Shown: positions 1 through 19,227, counted from the stretch's first letter. The stretch: 64,000 nucleotides of DNA from the human T2T-CHM13v2.0 reference genome, Homo sapiens (GCF_009914755.1 NC_060941.1); one strand, 5' to 3'. A program made the numbers and translations. The notes: generated from the sequence alone by a model not told the origin.

Positions 1-199
1 TACCAACTGTGTACTCCGTCATCAGAAGATGGGAACATCACATATGTTGCTGAGGTTTTTGGTTTTGGGGCCGTTGTGTTCTGACTCACAGCTGGGGTGC
101 ATGGAGCTTGGGCTAGCATTAAAGAGTGCTTAACCTACATACCACCTGTAAGCTGTAATTGGTTGGATGGCAGCCAGAACAAACACCTGCTTTCACGTT

Positions 200-735
200 T
201 TTTTTTCTTTTTTGTTTTTTTTTTTGAGACGGCCTTGGCCTCCCAAAATGCTGGGATTACAGGTGTGAACCACCGTGCCCAGCCTCTCTTTCTTTTTCAT
301 TTTTTTTGAGACAGAGTCTCGCTCTCTTGCCCAGCTAGAGTGCAGTGGCATGATCTCTGCTCAATACAAGCTCCGCCTCCCGGGTTCATGCCATTCTCTC
401 GCCTCAGCCTCCTACAGGCGCCCGCCACCACGCCCAGCTAATTTTTTGTATTTTTAGTAGAGATGCGGTTTCACCATGTTAGCCAGGATAGCCTTGATCT
501 CCTGACCTCGTGATCCGCCTGCCTCAGCCTCCCAAAGTGCTGGGATTACAGGCGTGAGCCACCGCACCTGGCCTCTTTTTTGAGATGGGAGTTTCGCTCT
601 TGTCACCCAGGCTGGAGTGCAATGGCGTGATCTCAGCTCACTGCAACTGCCACCTCCTGTGATTCACCTTCAAGTGATTCTCCTGCCTCAGTCTCCCGAG
701 TAGCTGGTACAGGTGTGTGCCACCATGCCTGGCTA
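200..735 (-). mobile_element. Cluster of three Alu elements or fragments
   Basis: polyT followed by gagac... and cccaaagtgctgggattacagg motifs. Confidence 0.9.
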
Positions 736-2074
736 CCACCTTTCTAATTTATTAAAAATACATGGTTGAGGCTTACTGAGTAGGTCAAGTTCATTTCTAA
801 AGTTTATTTCCTCCCAATTAAAGTGGTTAGCAACTGGAGATTGACGTGCTAGACCAGCCAGATGTCAATATTATTGGTTGTTTACTTACCCAACATTCTA
901 AAAACCTCAAATCACTTTCTAAAACTTAACTTTATAAACTTTATAATTTTGCCATATAAATAGAAACTAACACAAACTGAAGAATTATTAAAATCTAGCT
1001 AAATAAAGCTGTTTGCCAAAGGCAGAGTCTGAGGCCCACTGTTCTTGAGGAGGAGGTTGGCAAGTCCCAGAGGGGACCTGTTAAAGTCACACCAACACCA
1101 GACAGACGCTCTTCTTGGCCTCAGAGGCTGAGGACTAAAAGGGCCTGCAGCTGTGCTCTTTCATGTCCGTGTTGCTCCTACAGTTGTCTTGGGTCGCTGG
1201 AGTTCAGTGTCCCTTCCTGGAGACAGCAATGGTTTGGATAATGTGAGACTTAGCCTTTAGAATTGTCCCAACGTAGCAGCTGAAGTGACTTCCTGTGGGT
1301 GAGCCCCACGTGCATTGCTCCAAAGCAAGAAGCCCAGCCACAGCCCGGTTCAGCTGATGGCCTTTGAGCAACCTTCATTGCTCTTGGATTTTCAAACCAG
1401 TGTTTGAATATGGACGTTTGCCAGCAGGGTTAGCGATGCTGCCATTCCACTTTCTCTTTTCTGTCTTTAGAGGGTTTTTGCCCCTTTCTCTTTCATCCTT
1501 AAATTCTGCTGGGGAGGTCTAAAAAGCACGATTTTTATTTGGTTCTGCCTTCAGGTATCTGATGAAGTTCAAAGACACTTTCCACTTTGCTCTTTAAGCC
1601 CCTTGGTGTTTCACATCATGCCAAAACCAGAGACGGAAAAATAAAACCAATTAGCTTTTCCAAACAGCAGCATCTCCATGCAGTGTAGAGGGGCCACAGC
1701 CGATTAGTGAATCGAAGAAAATAGTGTACAGCCCTGGGCACCCTGCCCACCTCCCAGCAAGTCTCCCTTCCTTCCCTCAGGGCCCAGCAGCTGCTGCACC
1801 AGATGTGAAAACTTTGGAGGCAGCTGACAGACTGGAACGGGGAGATCCAGTTTGATCAGTTGTCCTTTTACATAACAGCTCTTCGCTCTTCTCTGAAATT
1901 GGGTGGGGATGGGTAGCTAAAACTAATTTACTAGATTAATGACACAATCTATTCCCTAAAGTGGTCCATGTAGGACTCATTTAAGTGGATTTTGCACAGG
2001 AGGGCCCTGGTAACTTGGTCTTTGCTTTTTCTTGGCAGTTACCGAATGCTGTTTAAAAAAAAGAAAAAAAAATT

Positions 2075-2634
<560 letters not shown>

Positions 2635-3609
2635 CTTCAAATGCTATTTCTTGAGAAGTACTGTCGCATATCACAGATGACCATAAGCAACTTGTCAGCA
2701 GCTCTGCCATGACTGATCATCTAGCAAGGACAATGGCAGGAACAGAGAAGTCAGCACTGACAGTGGGAAGGGAGGCACATTTCTTGCTGCCAGCCTCAGG
2801 CACACGAAACCCCTGCCTGCAGTCCACACCAGCACCTCATCCCCATCTCCCTGGCCAGGGGCCATGTAACTAAGATGGCATTTCAGAATCTAGGTTAATA
2901 CATCCAATAAGAATCACTTGGTTCAGTGCAGCTTGGGAAATGGTAGAAGAGCTACCCATTTGCAGCTGGATTCTACCTCGGGGGAGGGCTCCTGCTCAGC
3001 TGACTTGAGGTTGCCTCGACTTGTCTGGCTTGTCCAGCTTGTGCCTTCTAGTCAATTCCCCCATGAAATCTAACTTGTTGGCAGAGCACTTCCAGGCCAG
3101 GTATGGGGCTCCCTTTCCAAACCTGGGCATTATTAAGAAAAAAAAAAACCAAAAACCTGCCCAGCAGGCTCAGATGCCAGCACTCAGACACCTGAGGGGT
3201 CATGGGCAGCTGCATTTCAACTCACACTGCTGTCGAGATGAGGCATGTTTTTACGGGATCAGTTGTGTGGCTAAGGCAGTTCCCTCTTTACCATTATTCC
3301 AGGTGCCTAGAGACTGCCACGTAAACAGTGGTGCACACCCAACACCGTCATGCCCCCAGCACTCAACTGAGTGATAAGTTATTTCTAAATCTCTTGGAAT
3401 TAAATCAAAGTTTCTTAAACTTTTTGTGGGCCGTGGGTCCCTTTTAAAATCCTTAAGAGGTGTGAATCTCCCCTACAAAAAATGGCCCAATCACCCCTCG
3501 TGAATCCTTCCCATGCACCCTTTCATTACTCTGTGACATCAGGTCTTCCTGATGGGGACTTTAAAACTAGGTGAGAAACCACTTTGGCTGTCTCTTAAAT
3601 ATTGGCCTG

Positions 3610-3910
3610 GCCAGGCACGGCAGCTCACGCCTGTAATCCCAACACTTTGGGAGGCCGAACCGGGCAGATCACTTGAGGCCAGGAGTTAGAGACCAGCCTG
3701 GCCAGCAAGGCGAAATCCCATCTATACTAAAAATACAAAAAGTATCCAGGTATGGTAGCACACAGCTATAGTCCCAGCTACTCGGGGCTGAGGCAGGAGA
3801 ATCACTTGTACTCGGGAGGTGGAGGTTGCAGTGAGCTGAGATCACATCACTGCACTCCGTCCTGGGTGACAGCAAGACTCTGTCTCAAAAACAAAACAAA
3901 ACAAAACAAA
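3610..3910 (+). mobile_element. Alu
   Basis: Full consensus with (AAAAC)n tail. Confidence 0.93.
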
Positions 3911-4040
3911 AGACTGGCCTTCAGAAGGAGGTGCCATGTGGCTCTTCAGGGATGAATGGGGCTTTAGGAAGGCAGAAGTGAAGACAGGCACCCCAGCCTT
4001 TTTGTGGAAGAGAGAATTTCCCATTTACCCAAAGCCTTAG

Positions 4041-4261
4041 AGCAAGCTTGTCCAATCACCAATCAGCAGCCCATGGGCCTCATGCAGCCCACGATGGCTT
4101 TGAATGTGGCCCAACACAAATTTGTAAACTTTCTTGAAACATTATTTTTTTGTGATTTTTTTTTTTTTTAGCTCATCAGCTGTCGTTAGTGTATTTTATG
4201 TGTGGTCCAAGACAATTCTTTTTCCAATGTGGCACAGGGAAGTCAAGATTGGCCACCCCTG
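4041..4261. mobile_element. MER30-like hAT DNA transposon
   Basis: ggctttgaatgtggcccaacacaaatttgtaaactttctt and gattggccacccctg match my recall of MER30. Confidence 0.75.
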
Positions 4262-4824
4262 CCTTAGAGGAAATGTGGCAGGTGACACAGTCTACCTTCT
4301 GGTGTGAGGGAGAAGCACCGGCTTGGCTCCTGTGGAACAGCGAGCACTGAGGCCAGGGGGTGCTTCCAAGATTGCTCCGAGGGCTCTTCTGTCAGCCTAG
4401 GGCAATGGGTTAATAAACTCATGGTCCACAGTAGGAAGAGTTTTGGTGCTTCAAAGAAAACACAGGTGTTCAGATCTCTGAAGAGCGATCCTGGAACCCA
4501 GAGTTCCCCACGTGAACTCAAGTGGACACCCAAAGGCCTCCAAGCCTCGTCACCTTATCCTACCATGTTCCTGAACAGCATGGTGGCAGTGATGGCCTTC
4601 GGAATGATGAGGCCAAGGTGAGCCAGGAGACTGCTCCTGGGCGGGGTTTGGCCCCAGGACTACCTTGGATCTAGGCTTGTCGTCGCTGTAAGTGGTAACA
4701 CTGGGCCGCAGCTAGGAGCAGGGCAGGGTGGCTACCATGGCACCTGCTCCTTCCATGTGCAAGCCGCCACCCAGAGCAGATGTGCAGCAGCAGCTGCGGG
4801 CAGTCATGGAAAGAGAGAACAGCG

Positions 4825-5198
4825 GGAGTTGAAATTCTCATAATTTTAATGATCAATAGCTTCTGGTGGGCTCTGGATGGTACAGTTAAACAATAGACTT
4901 AAAGACCTCCCCCAAAGCACGTCCACACCCCCTCGGCAGCGTCTGCCTCCATCAGCATTCCACTGCCCAGTCGGACTTCCACAGCCTCAGACCCCCCTCT
5001 TGGGTTATGGAAATCCACATCTTAGTGTAATGAGCTGAAAAACCCTGGGTACACCCGTGATCTGTTATTTTTTAAAAATAACAAATACTAAGCCAAACAC
5101 CTGCCCAGGCTCTGCTGCCTCACAGAGTGTGGCGATCTGAATACTCTGTTGTCTCTTGTGGGCCGGGTGGTTTTGCTTCGCTCCCTGTTCTACTGAAA
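4825..5198 (-). other. TMEM11: TMEM11 3'UTR with ATTAAA polyA signal (4850-4845)
   Basis: tttaat at 4845-4850 reads ATTAAA on the minus strand, ~350 nt after the stop. The cleavage site is estimated. Confidence 0.7.
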
Positions 5199-5715
5199 TC
5201 ATACGGCATAGAGTTCGTAAATCTTCTTTACACAGTACACCAGGGCGGCCAGTGCTATCGTGTTGTGCAGTCTCTTTCTGTGCAGGTCGTCCTTCCGGAC
5301 CAGCACCACCGGGGTGGAGGAGGTGAGTGTGTGCAGAGGCAGGCGCGACAGTTTATAGGCGTCGTACTCCACTTGGTACTTGCAGCAAGGGTCAAACTGC
5401 CAGGAGATCCCATAGAGGGTGCAGCAGGCCAGGCTCAGCACACCAGCGGGCAGGGAAATGTAGTGGGAATAATCTAAGGGCAGCGCCAACGGGGTGAAGA
5501 GGCAGGCGGTGCCCGCCAGCACGGCCGTCTTGTGCAGGCAGTTGCCCACGGTGATCCAGCGGGCTGTCTCGTCGCCAATGCGAGTGGGCTCAATCACAAT
5601 GTACTTGTACTGGGCTTCCAGGGCCTGCTCCAGCTCGTACTCAAACTGGTCTTGGGCATTCTCCCCATTGTAGATCTCATGCACAATGTAGCAGTCTGTG
5701 GCCGACAAGCTCACC
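5199..5715 (-). CDS. TMEM11: TMEM11 coding exon 2 (517 nt: VSLSATDCYIVHE...KIYELYAV*)
   Basis: C-terminal part of ORF 5199..5780. Long CT tract and AAG acceptor at 5718-5716, TGA at 5201-5199. Hydrophobic segments fit a membrane protein. Confidence 0.97.
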
Positions 5716-5915
5716 CTTTTGATGGAGGGGGCAGGAAAGGGAGAGAGAGAGAGAGACAGGATGATTAGGCTGAGGAGCACTTAACTGTGTTTCAGCGCTG
5801 GGGGAGGTCTGAGCCTGCACTGCGGAGAGCACATCTCACTTGGGTCCTCATCTCCTTTAAATCCCAACACAAGATAATCAGTAAAAAGGATTTTTCCTGA
5901 AAATAGTGAAATAAA

Positions 5916-6299
<384 letters not shown>

Positions 6300-8475
6300 C
6301 TAAGGCTGTGGACCAACTGATCTGAGTCAGCAAAGGAGCCTAAAGGGGAAAGAACGATTCGGCACAGAATCACAGGAGCACACACGGCAGCAGAGGGCCA
6401 ACAGCCTGAAAGCCATTCTTAGTTAATCAGGGCAACTGCAAGAGGATTCTTCACTGGAAACCACAGACCTCAGGACAGATAATGCTAAGCCCTTGCCCTC
6501 CGCACGTTTCCTAAGTAGTCATCCTGGGCCTGCAGAACAGAGGCAGAAAGGAAGAGCTTTGCCTTGGGCGAATGAAATCCAAACTCCTTTGGCTCTCCTG
6601 GAGGCCAGGCTGCACAAGCCCTGGGTGCCCTTCCTGGGCCGGCAGCAGCCCCCAGCTCCTCCCCGCTGCGGAGGGGAGAAGAGGAGACCCAGGACACTAG
6701 CCCACTGCATAGGAAAAGCGACCCTTTCCTTGAATTAGGAAAAGACAACGCTTCAAGAACAGTAGTGGGCTCCAAATTTAGTAAGCAGGAGGGTCAACTG
6801 AGGGGCTTCAAAACATCCAGCCCAGCAATGCCACCAATTCTGGCCCTGTAGGCCCAGGCCCCTGCACCACCGGCAAATGCCACTCATTTGCATAAGAAAC
6901 ACTGCCACGGAGACCACACAAGGGGCTTTCCCCCCCGGGACTGGGGATGCATGTCATGACCCCAACCAGCAGGAGAGTAATCCACCACACGGAACGCTCA
7001 GCTCTGCAGCAAGGCCAGACGGCAGCCCGGCTGCAGCCCCAGCAGTGACCGTGGGCCAAGCTGCATTTCAGGCAGTCTTGCTTTTCTTGGTTTCAGGCCT
7101 CTGCGGTACAAATTTCCCACCCAAAGCAGAATCTTCTTCACCTGTGGCGGGCAGGCCTGAAGACAGGGCTATCCATGCCTTGTCATCTTTCCTTGGCTGG
7201 TTTCAGCTGAGACAGATCTCTCTGAATCTCCGCACCGTCACCCCACATCCTAGTTTTCCGTTATCTGCTCATCTGCAAGAAGTCTTTATCTGGGCCTTGA
7301 CGGGGACACTGCTAGACATAGCTCTTGAGGCTGGATCAAGTTTTCCAACTCATGGCTCCCAAGGCTGCACAGAGCCATGTTCTGTCACATGCCTCAGGGA
7401 AAAGCTGCCCCTTCCCTCAGCACACCCTGGTCCCCAGGATGGTCGGACCCATCTGACTAAAGGACACAAGGCTCCAGGGACCTGCTGGTCACTGCTCCCC
7501 TGCTGGAGTCCATGCCCTTCCAACTGGGAGGCTCTGGAACACTGTACCAGGCAACACAAGGGTCAATGTGGCCCATGTACCTGAAGCTCCGAATGTGCCT
7601 GACAGGAACTAGCTTCCTTTCATGGCTAACGAGAAGCACAGCCCTCAGTGTGCACAGACGCGAAGGTCCCGTCCGCCCAGCCTGTCCTGGCAGGCACACC
7701 TGGCTGCGGTGCAGAGGAGAGTCATGGGGAGCTGAGCCACCTGGCCATTGGCCGTAATATGGGAGTGACGAGTGAAGACATTCATAACAAGCCACCCCAG
7801 AACCTCAGCCCAGCATGAAGGTAACTCCCTCCAGCCTCCTTCAAAGATGGGAGCAATTCCAAGTGAAGGATGGTGGAAATCGGACTGTCGGGAAACTTCA
7901 AGGAAAAAGAACAGGCAATCGTAGTTCTTCCTACTACTGAGACTCCTCCCAGCTCAAAGCTTTCAGCAAACAAATAAGCAAACCTAACAGGCAGGGTTGC
8001 ATTCTGGTTGGATAAACAACTAGTTAACGATCTCATGTGGCCACATTAAAGATGAAAGTCATTGGTAATGGGCTGACTGTGCCCCCAAGCATGGGGACCC
8101 TAACCCCGCCCCTGGGTGGGAACCACTTTCATAAAAGGCACTGGCTTGGACTTGGGCAAACGGAACTCTTTATCCTGAAAAAGTCACTGTAACTAAGCCG
8201 GGCTAAGGCAAAGCCTCCTAATTCAATCATAGGCCCTAATTAAACGGCATGCACTGGGGAGAAATCAGTGCCCTGAGGGTGGGACAAGAGCCTCCTAAAC
8301 ATGGGTTGCTGCCAAGCCGCCTGTGACTGTGCCAGTGTCACGGCTGCCTCGCCAGGGATGAAATGATGAGCTGTTACTGTAAGACTGCAAGAGCAGCTTA
8401 TGAAATGGGGAAAGGAGGGTTTTCCTTCTAAAGTTCTCGGTGGAGTTTTTCCATTTGGTCTTAGAGGAGAGGTAA

Positions 8476-8818
<343 letters not shown>

Positions 8819-10320
8819 AGATGCAGCATTTTAGAAGCTACCTACAGCAAACAAGCACACCCAAAGCAGGGTCTTCACTGGCGCTGGAAAGCTGAAGGCC
8901 GAGCAGTGCCCCCACGTGCTCAGATGAGAAATGAGTGGCGGTGGCGCAATGGGCTGGCTGTGGCCCTGGGTGTGCGGGGAGGGGCGGGGCCTCCACTCTC
9001 AGGTGGGAGCACTCCTGGCCAAGAGAACTCCCTTCTGGTCTCAAGTCCATCAGGCAACAGGAGCAGAGAGGCCAGATAACAAGGTAGGGGTGGAGGACCA
9101 AATCGTGTCCCAATCTTGAGACGGAAATGGAGTTGCTTCCAAGTCAGCTGTGCATCCTACTGACTGTCAAAGCCAGGCCAGGGACACCTTGGGGCGGGCA
9201 CCAGAGGCGGGCTTCCTCCCTCAGGAACACTCAAAGCAAAAGGGAGGTGTCAAGCTGGGGTTACACAATGTTCTCGCCAACACCCAAATCCACCCTAGTG
9301 CGGTACCTTTCTCTGCCCAGCAGGCCAGCGCCATCCTGAATGTAGTGAAAACCACTGTTGGTCCCACAGAGGAAATTCCAGTGGAAACCCCGGTCCTGGA
9401 ACCGACTGCCCCATCTGGAAACACAGCAGTGGGCAGATCCCACCCCCTCACCCCCTCCGGCCCCCCTGCAAGCCCAGCTGGCACCCACATCCACCCAGAC
9501 CCCTCTGCAGGCTCCATCGCTTGCTGGGACGGATGGGTGGGTGCGTCCACGAGTCCCAACCAGCCTGGAAGCAGCGAGAAGCCAAGGCCCTCCAGGCTCC
9601 CTCCCACCTCACTGCTGTTGCCAGGTGTGGCCCGCCCCCCAGCACAGGGAGTGAGGAGACTGGGCATCCTCTGCCCTCGGCTGTGGGCAGTCCTGTGAAT
9701 GACACAGCCATAAGCAAGCACGTGGACATGGGGGCACTCGCCAGCACACATCCTGAGATGGTGGCGTGAGTCTGCCCCCACCTGCCTGTCAAACCATGGC
9801 CCCGGCCTCCTGCAGCCTCGGCGTCTTCATATGGGCTGGGCACTGTTGCTGCCCACTGTCTAAGACACCTATCCACAGCAGAAACACAAAGGACATAAGC
9901 CACACTGCCTTCAAACAAAGGCAGGGTCCTGCACAACGGCGCTGAGGCCAGAGGCTCACCAATTCTGCTTTTAAAGCCAGTTAGGCAAAGGGAATCTCGG
10001 TTTCCACTGGGAAAGGACAACACGTGAAGTCTAGGGAAGTGGATTTCTAGGATTCTATAAGGCAACAGACCCTATATGGAGACGGTAAGGTTCAAACCAA
10101 AACACACACAGACGCACCCAAAGCCGCAGGATCCCTCCGTTGGAGCTCACCCGGCCACGACCAGGCAGTCAGCACTCCAACTTCCTGGTACACTGGTGGG
10201 AGTGGGGTGCTGTCAGTGCAGACACAGGTTTTTTAGCTGCCACTGCTGGGCCCTTGGGTTCAGGTCTGCACTGCTGACAGGGACTGCTGCACTTCTCTTA
10301 CTTCAGAAATTCGTGGCCAT

Positions 10321-11441
<1,121 letters not shown>

Positions 11442-12424
11442 CTATACGTAGTGTATTTTTAAAAGTCTCTATTTGCTTTTATATGCACAGAACACTTCTG
11501 AAAGGATACACAAAGACCTGATTTTTATGACTGGTCACTAGGGAGGGAACTGAGGGGCTCAGGAAAGAAAAGGAAGGGAGGCTCTTTCTAGTAAATGACT
11601 TTTGATCCTTTTGAATCTGGCATGATCTCTGGTACTTAAAGATCACTGTCGGAAGTGGGTCTTAACATATGGAAGAAGAAAAGTAAAAGGATCAGTGTCA
11701 TGATCCTAAACACATCATGCCAGCACTGAGGAAGCTTTGGATTCTCTGAGCCTTTAGTGCTGGGAGCAGGGGTCAGCCCGTTCCAGCACCTCAGGGGGAC
11801 TGCTGCAGACACTGAATGGGACCGCTCTCTGCCGCCTCAGGATAGCTTGCAGGCACTCATAAAGTGGGCATCTTGAACTTCCTCCCTCAGCCTTCAACCA
11901 GAGTCAGCCTTCAGGCCCTCATCTCTCCACTTTTGAGCCCAACTCAATCAGCTCTCGCAGTCAGCAAAGGAATCCCCTGGCAACACTAGCATTCCAGTTA
12001 AAAGGCGGCCACAGTGAAAACTCAGCAGGGCAACTCCACGGCCCCTCTGGGATGTGGGCAGCCTGTGCCTGTCCCAGCAGCCACAGTCTGGAGGCGTCTC
12101 CCCAAAAGGCAAGAGCCGCACAAGAAGGTTCAGAGCAGAACTGTTCGGTGAGAGCAAAAGATGACAGGAGCGGGGAGAGCAGAATCGCACCTCCTCCATT
12201 AGTGACATGAATCAGTTCCAGTGGCCTGAGCCAGGGATACAACTCTCACACATTCTAAGGCGGCAGAGCTCAGGGACGTGCCACTGAAAGCCAACTATAA
12301 GGACAGCAAGGGTGCTGTGGTGCACTTGGGGCACAGGGTCTCCGCTGCAGGAGGAGGCAGGCCAGGGTAACGCTAGTTCTCTATCGCGCTGGGTGGGGAG
12401 CCCACACAACTATCACTTTGCCTT

Positions 12425-14070
<1,646 letters not shown>

Positions 14071-14138
14071 TTACTTTTCACATATTGTAAACATAACTTT
14101 TGATGTGTTTAACATATAACTTTAAAAAATCTAAGATA

Positions 14139-15327
<1,189 letters not shown>

Positions 15328-16341
15328 TCACTTCCTGCTCCAGAACCTTCTCGGTGTCCATGAAAGGCAGAAGTCTGGACGCGGGCAGCTTCTCATGGCT
15401 GAGGTGTCATGCTGGTGTGTACCTGTAGTCCTGCCCAAAAAGAGGAGGGCAGTTCCAGCTCCGTTTCCCTTGAGCAAACACTGGCTAAGCTGCCAGGCCA
15501 GCCACCAATCACCTTCCCAGTTCTGAGAGACCCAGCAGAGGCAAATCTGAGTGGAAGCATCCACATTAGGCCCCTTCTTGGAGTGGGGCCCGGGCTCACA
15601 GGCAGGCCTGAAGCTCCATGAGGGCAGAGGCTGCATTTTCATCGTAGTTTCCCCAGCACTGGGCCTGAATGTAACAGGTTCCCAAAAGACACAGGTTGGA
15701 GGGACATTTGTAATGATTACAGACATGAGCCACAGGAGTCACAGGAGGAGAAAAACAATTATGGTTATTAAGAGAACTGGTACCAGAAAAGTCAACCCAT
15801 CCGTCAGGCTGCTTTTCACTTAGTGAAAGGGTCACTTGATCACCTATGATACAGGAGGTGCTGGGCTGGACCTCCACCCGCTTCTGCCTAATTAAGCCCT
15901 GCTTCTTTGGGACCCACAGAAAGCAGAGGACTGAAGCAGTGAAAGCCCGTGCCCCAGACTCAAAGGCACGGGCATGCGGCCCCATGGCCTGAGGACGGCT
16001 CCCACAGGCCAAGGAACTTTCACAGGACACCCAGCCCTTTCGTCTGCTTCAGAGGACACTTTCCTATTCTGCGCACTGGTAACTCAGCAGCCCTTCTATC
16101 TGGGGAGCAGGAACACGGCGCACCAAGTGTGGGAGTCGAGAGGGTGGATTCAAGTTCCCTCTCGGCTGCCTACTGGCTTTGTGTCCTAGGGCAAAACACC
16201 CGGCCCCTCTGAGCCAGTTTCCCATGTTGTCAAACGGGGCCAGAAGCCCTGGCTCTCCCAGAGGACTGCAGTGAAGATGGGAACAGTCGCCAAGCACTGC
16301 CCCTCTGCCTAAGACACATGTGGCTGTTGAAATTTAAATTA

Positions 16342-16691
<350 letters not shown>

Positions 16692-18201
16692 TCAGAGCCA
16701 CACGTGGCTAATGGCTGCCCTAATGGACTGCAGGGACACGCCAGGAGTCTGTCATGCCAGAAACTCCTACTGGACAGCCCTGCTCTGAAGAACTGTTATG
16801 ACTACTACATGGCTGTCAGCTTTTCCTGAGAACTGTGCCCATAAAGTGGCTGCTGGCACCAGGGCGGAACACCGTGGCAGTCAGGAGGTTCCCGGGTGTG
16901 CTCGGTCATGGAGTGCTGCCCAACTCCACCCCCCGCACCTCGCTCATTGAAGAACAGGTGCACACCGACAAGCCGGGGCAGAGGAGCCACCTCCCCACCT
17001 CCGTGGACCCAGGCGCAGCCCTCCCCTCTTCAGAAAGGGGAGCCTTCCCTGGAACATGACCTAAAGGACTGAACCACTGAGACACAAATTAATGCACTTG
17101 GAATCCAGGCTGCTTGAGTGAACCAAGGAAAACAGAAATTCTTGAAAACTTGAAGGCACATCAATACTGAAGAGGATGAACCCCATCCTTACCTACGAAT
17201 CCAACTTCTGCGGCCAGAACATGTGGCTTTGCCTTTGTTAAAGAGCTGAGCAGAATCCCACAACCAGTGGCTAAACCCCCACACACTTGGGTGCAGATCC
17301 CGTATCTGCTCATCTCATCCCAGACAGAAGGAAACAAAAACTCCCGCCACACACAAAAGCAAGCATGGAGTCTTTCAAGAGAGATTAAATACTCCCAAAG
17401 CCTGAGAGTCTAAAAGGGAAGGATCAGATCAGAAAGGGAAGCTGTCACCCCGGGACCATGACCCAACCTGCCCCCGGGGCCTGTGCTCCATCTGCTCACT
17501 GGATGAACGTGTAAGGGCCACCTGGGACCAGGCACACCTGAGTTCACAAAGAAGAGGACAGGTCCTGGGGAATAAAGCATGGCAAGGAAAGCCATGAAAG
17601 TCAGCCCAGGGAACTGGCTGCCTATAAAACGCTGGAGCAGATGGCCGCGCAAGCCAGGGGAGGGGCAGGCCACAACAAATAACTTCGCGCTAAACCTGAA
17701 CTTTTAGCCCCGTGCATCTGGCCCTCTGCACGCCCCAGGTTGCCTCATATCATGCTCAGAAGCAGATCAAGTACATCTTCACGTGATTATAAAAACAGGA
17801 ACTCAAGAGCACACAGCTATACTCACATTCCAACAATCACGGAGGGCTCTGGGAGGTTCAGGGGCCCTGAGACAGTGAAGCCGAGCAGCCCAAGTAAGAC
17901 AGGCAGGGCTGTCTGTGAGCTGGTCCGGGCTGGCACACGGTGGCAGAACACAGATACCTGCACTGTGCTTTCCTAGATGGGCAAGTGTGTCTCAAAGACG
18001 CCGACAGGACAAGTGGCAATCTGTTTGATGTGCTCGTTGCCAGTGTGCTGAATTTTGGACAAGAATTCAGGTTACAGCTCAGAGTCTGATGTTCTTCATT
18101 ACAAACACTGTTGGTTCCCTAGATTTAATGGAGTGGAGAGAAAAATCAACATGCAAGCACTACCATTTTGCTATTTCCACCCCTCCTATCTTAGTCGAAA
18201 C

Positions 18202-18420
18202 CAGCACTGTCCATATCATAACTTTCTGCAGTGATGGAAATGTCCTCCACCTATGCTGTCCAATATGGTAGCCACAGGCCGGAAGTGGCTATTGAGCACT
18301 TGAAATGTGGCTAGTGAGACTGAGGAGCTGAATTCTTCATTTTACTTAATTTTAATGAATTTAAATGTAATTGCCACATGTAGCTGGTGACTACTGAACT
18401 GCTGTGTTAATTCAGCACTA
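18202..18420. mobile_element. MER3-like hAT DNA transposon
   Basis: gctgtccaatatggtagccac...gtggctattgagcacttgaaatgtggctagtg. Confidence 0.8.
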
Positions 18421-19227
18421 ATTCTAGAGCTGTGGTTCTAGACTCAACAAGGTAAAGCAAGAACCCACACGCTACACGTGCTAAACTGGACCATCCAACA
18501 CACAGCGCCGGCAGTAATACTGCAGGCAGTCTGGCACTGGGTGGGACCTTTAAGTACAATGCATGCTTCAGAGTTGGTAGCCGCTGGCAAATCTGGCAAG
18601 TGTGCCCAAAGTGTCACTCTGTTCTAGCCCCTTCCCCAAACCAGATAATGTTTCCCTCAGCTTCAGCAAAAGCAGATGCTAACCAGGTGTGAGCAGCAAC
18701 GGGAGAGAGCACTCGTATAACATGGAGCTGAGATTTGAGTCAGCACGAATGTGACATGGAACAAAGTCATTTTAGAGAGCCATAAACAGCCTACTTCAGT
18801 CATAAGAGCCAATAATACACTCAGATCTCATAATCTAGAGTGCTGGGCCATCAGCTAATCCGCCCTGCCCCACCTGAACAGTCATCACCAACTGAGCAGG
18901 AATGGAGGGATGCCCAGAAGTCAGCTCGCTAGCCCCACAGCGGGTTATGTTTCCATCCCCTGCTCAGCATGGGAAGAGCTTAGGGAAGCTGGGCTCGGGG
19001 AAATGACTCTTCCAACAGAACCTGGCTAGGGGTTTACAGCAAGAGCAAACAGACAGGTAGTCTCCACCCATACCACGTTATCTAGGAGAGTAGATGGTGA
19101 CATCCAAACTACAAAACCAAATGCCACATTCCTGCTGACACACAACATCTGCGTGTGTGAGTAGAGCCTTCAGTTCCAGGCCAAAGGTGCAACCTGAACA
19201 CCTACAGAGACCAAGCAGGCAAATGCA

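Noticed and set aside
5187-5201. Stop-codon readthrough of the TMEM11 TGA
   Set aside because: Context is TGA TTT, not TGA CTAG, and an in-frame TAG follows after two codons.
5716-5780. N-terminal MLLSLIILSLSLSPFPAPSIK of ORF 5199..5780, which looks like a signal peptide
   Set aside because: It is the translated polypyrimidine tract of the intron with a non-ATG start. The real N-terminus comes from exon 1.
6877-7584. 235 aa + strand ORF in the TMEM11 intron, and similar ORFs at 9150-10065
   Set aside because: No recognisable domain. Long ORFs overlap in several frames on both strands, as expected in GC-rich DNA.
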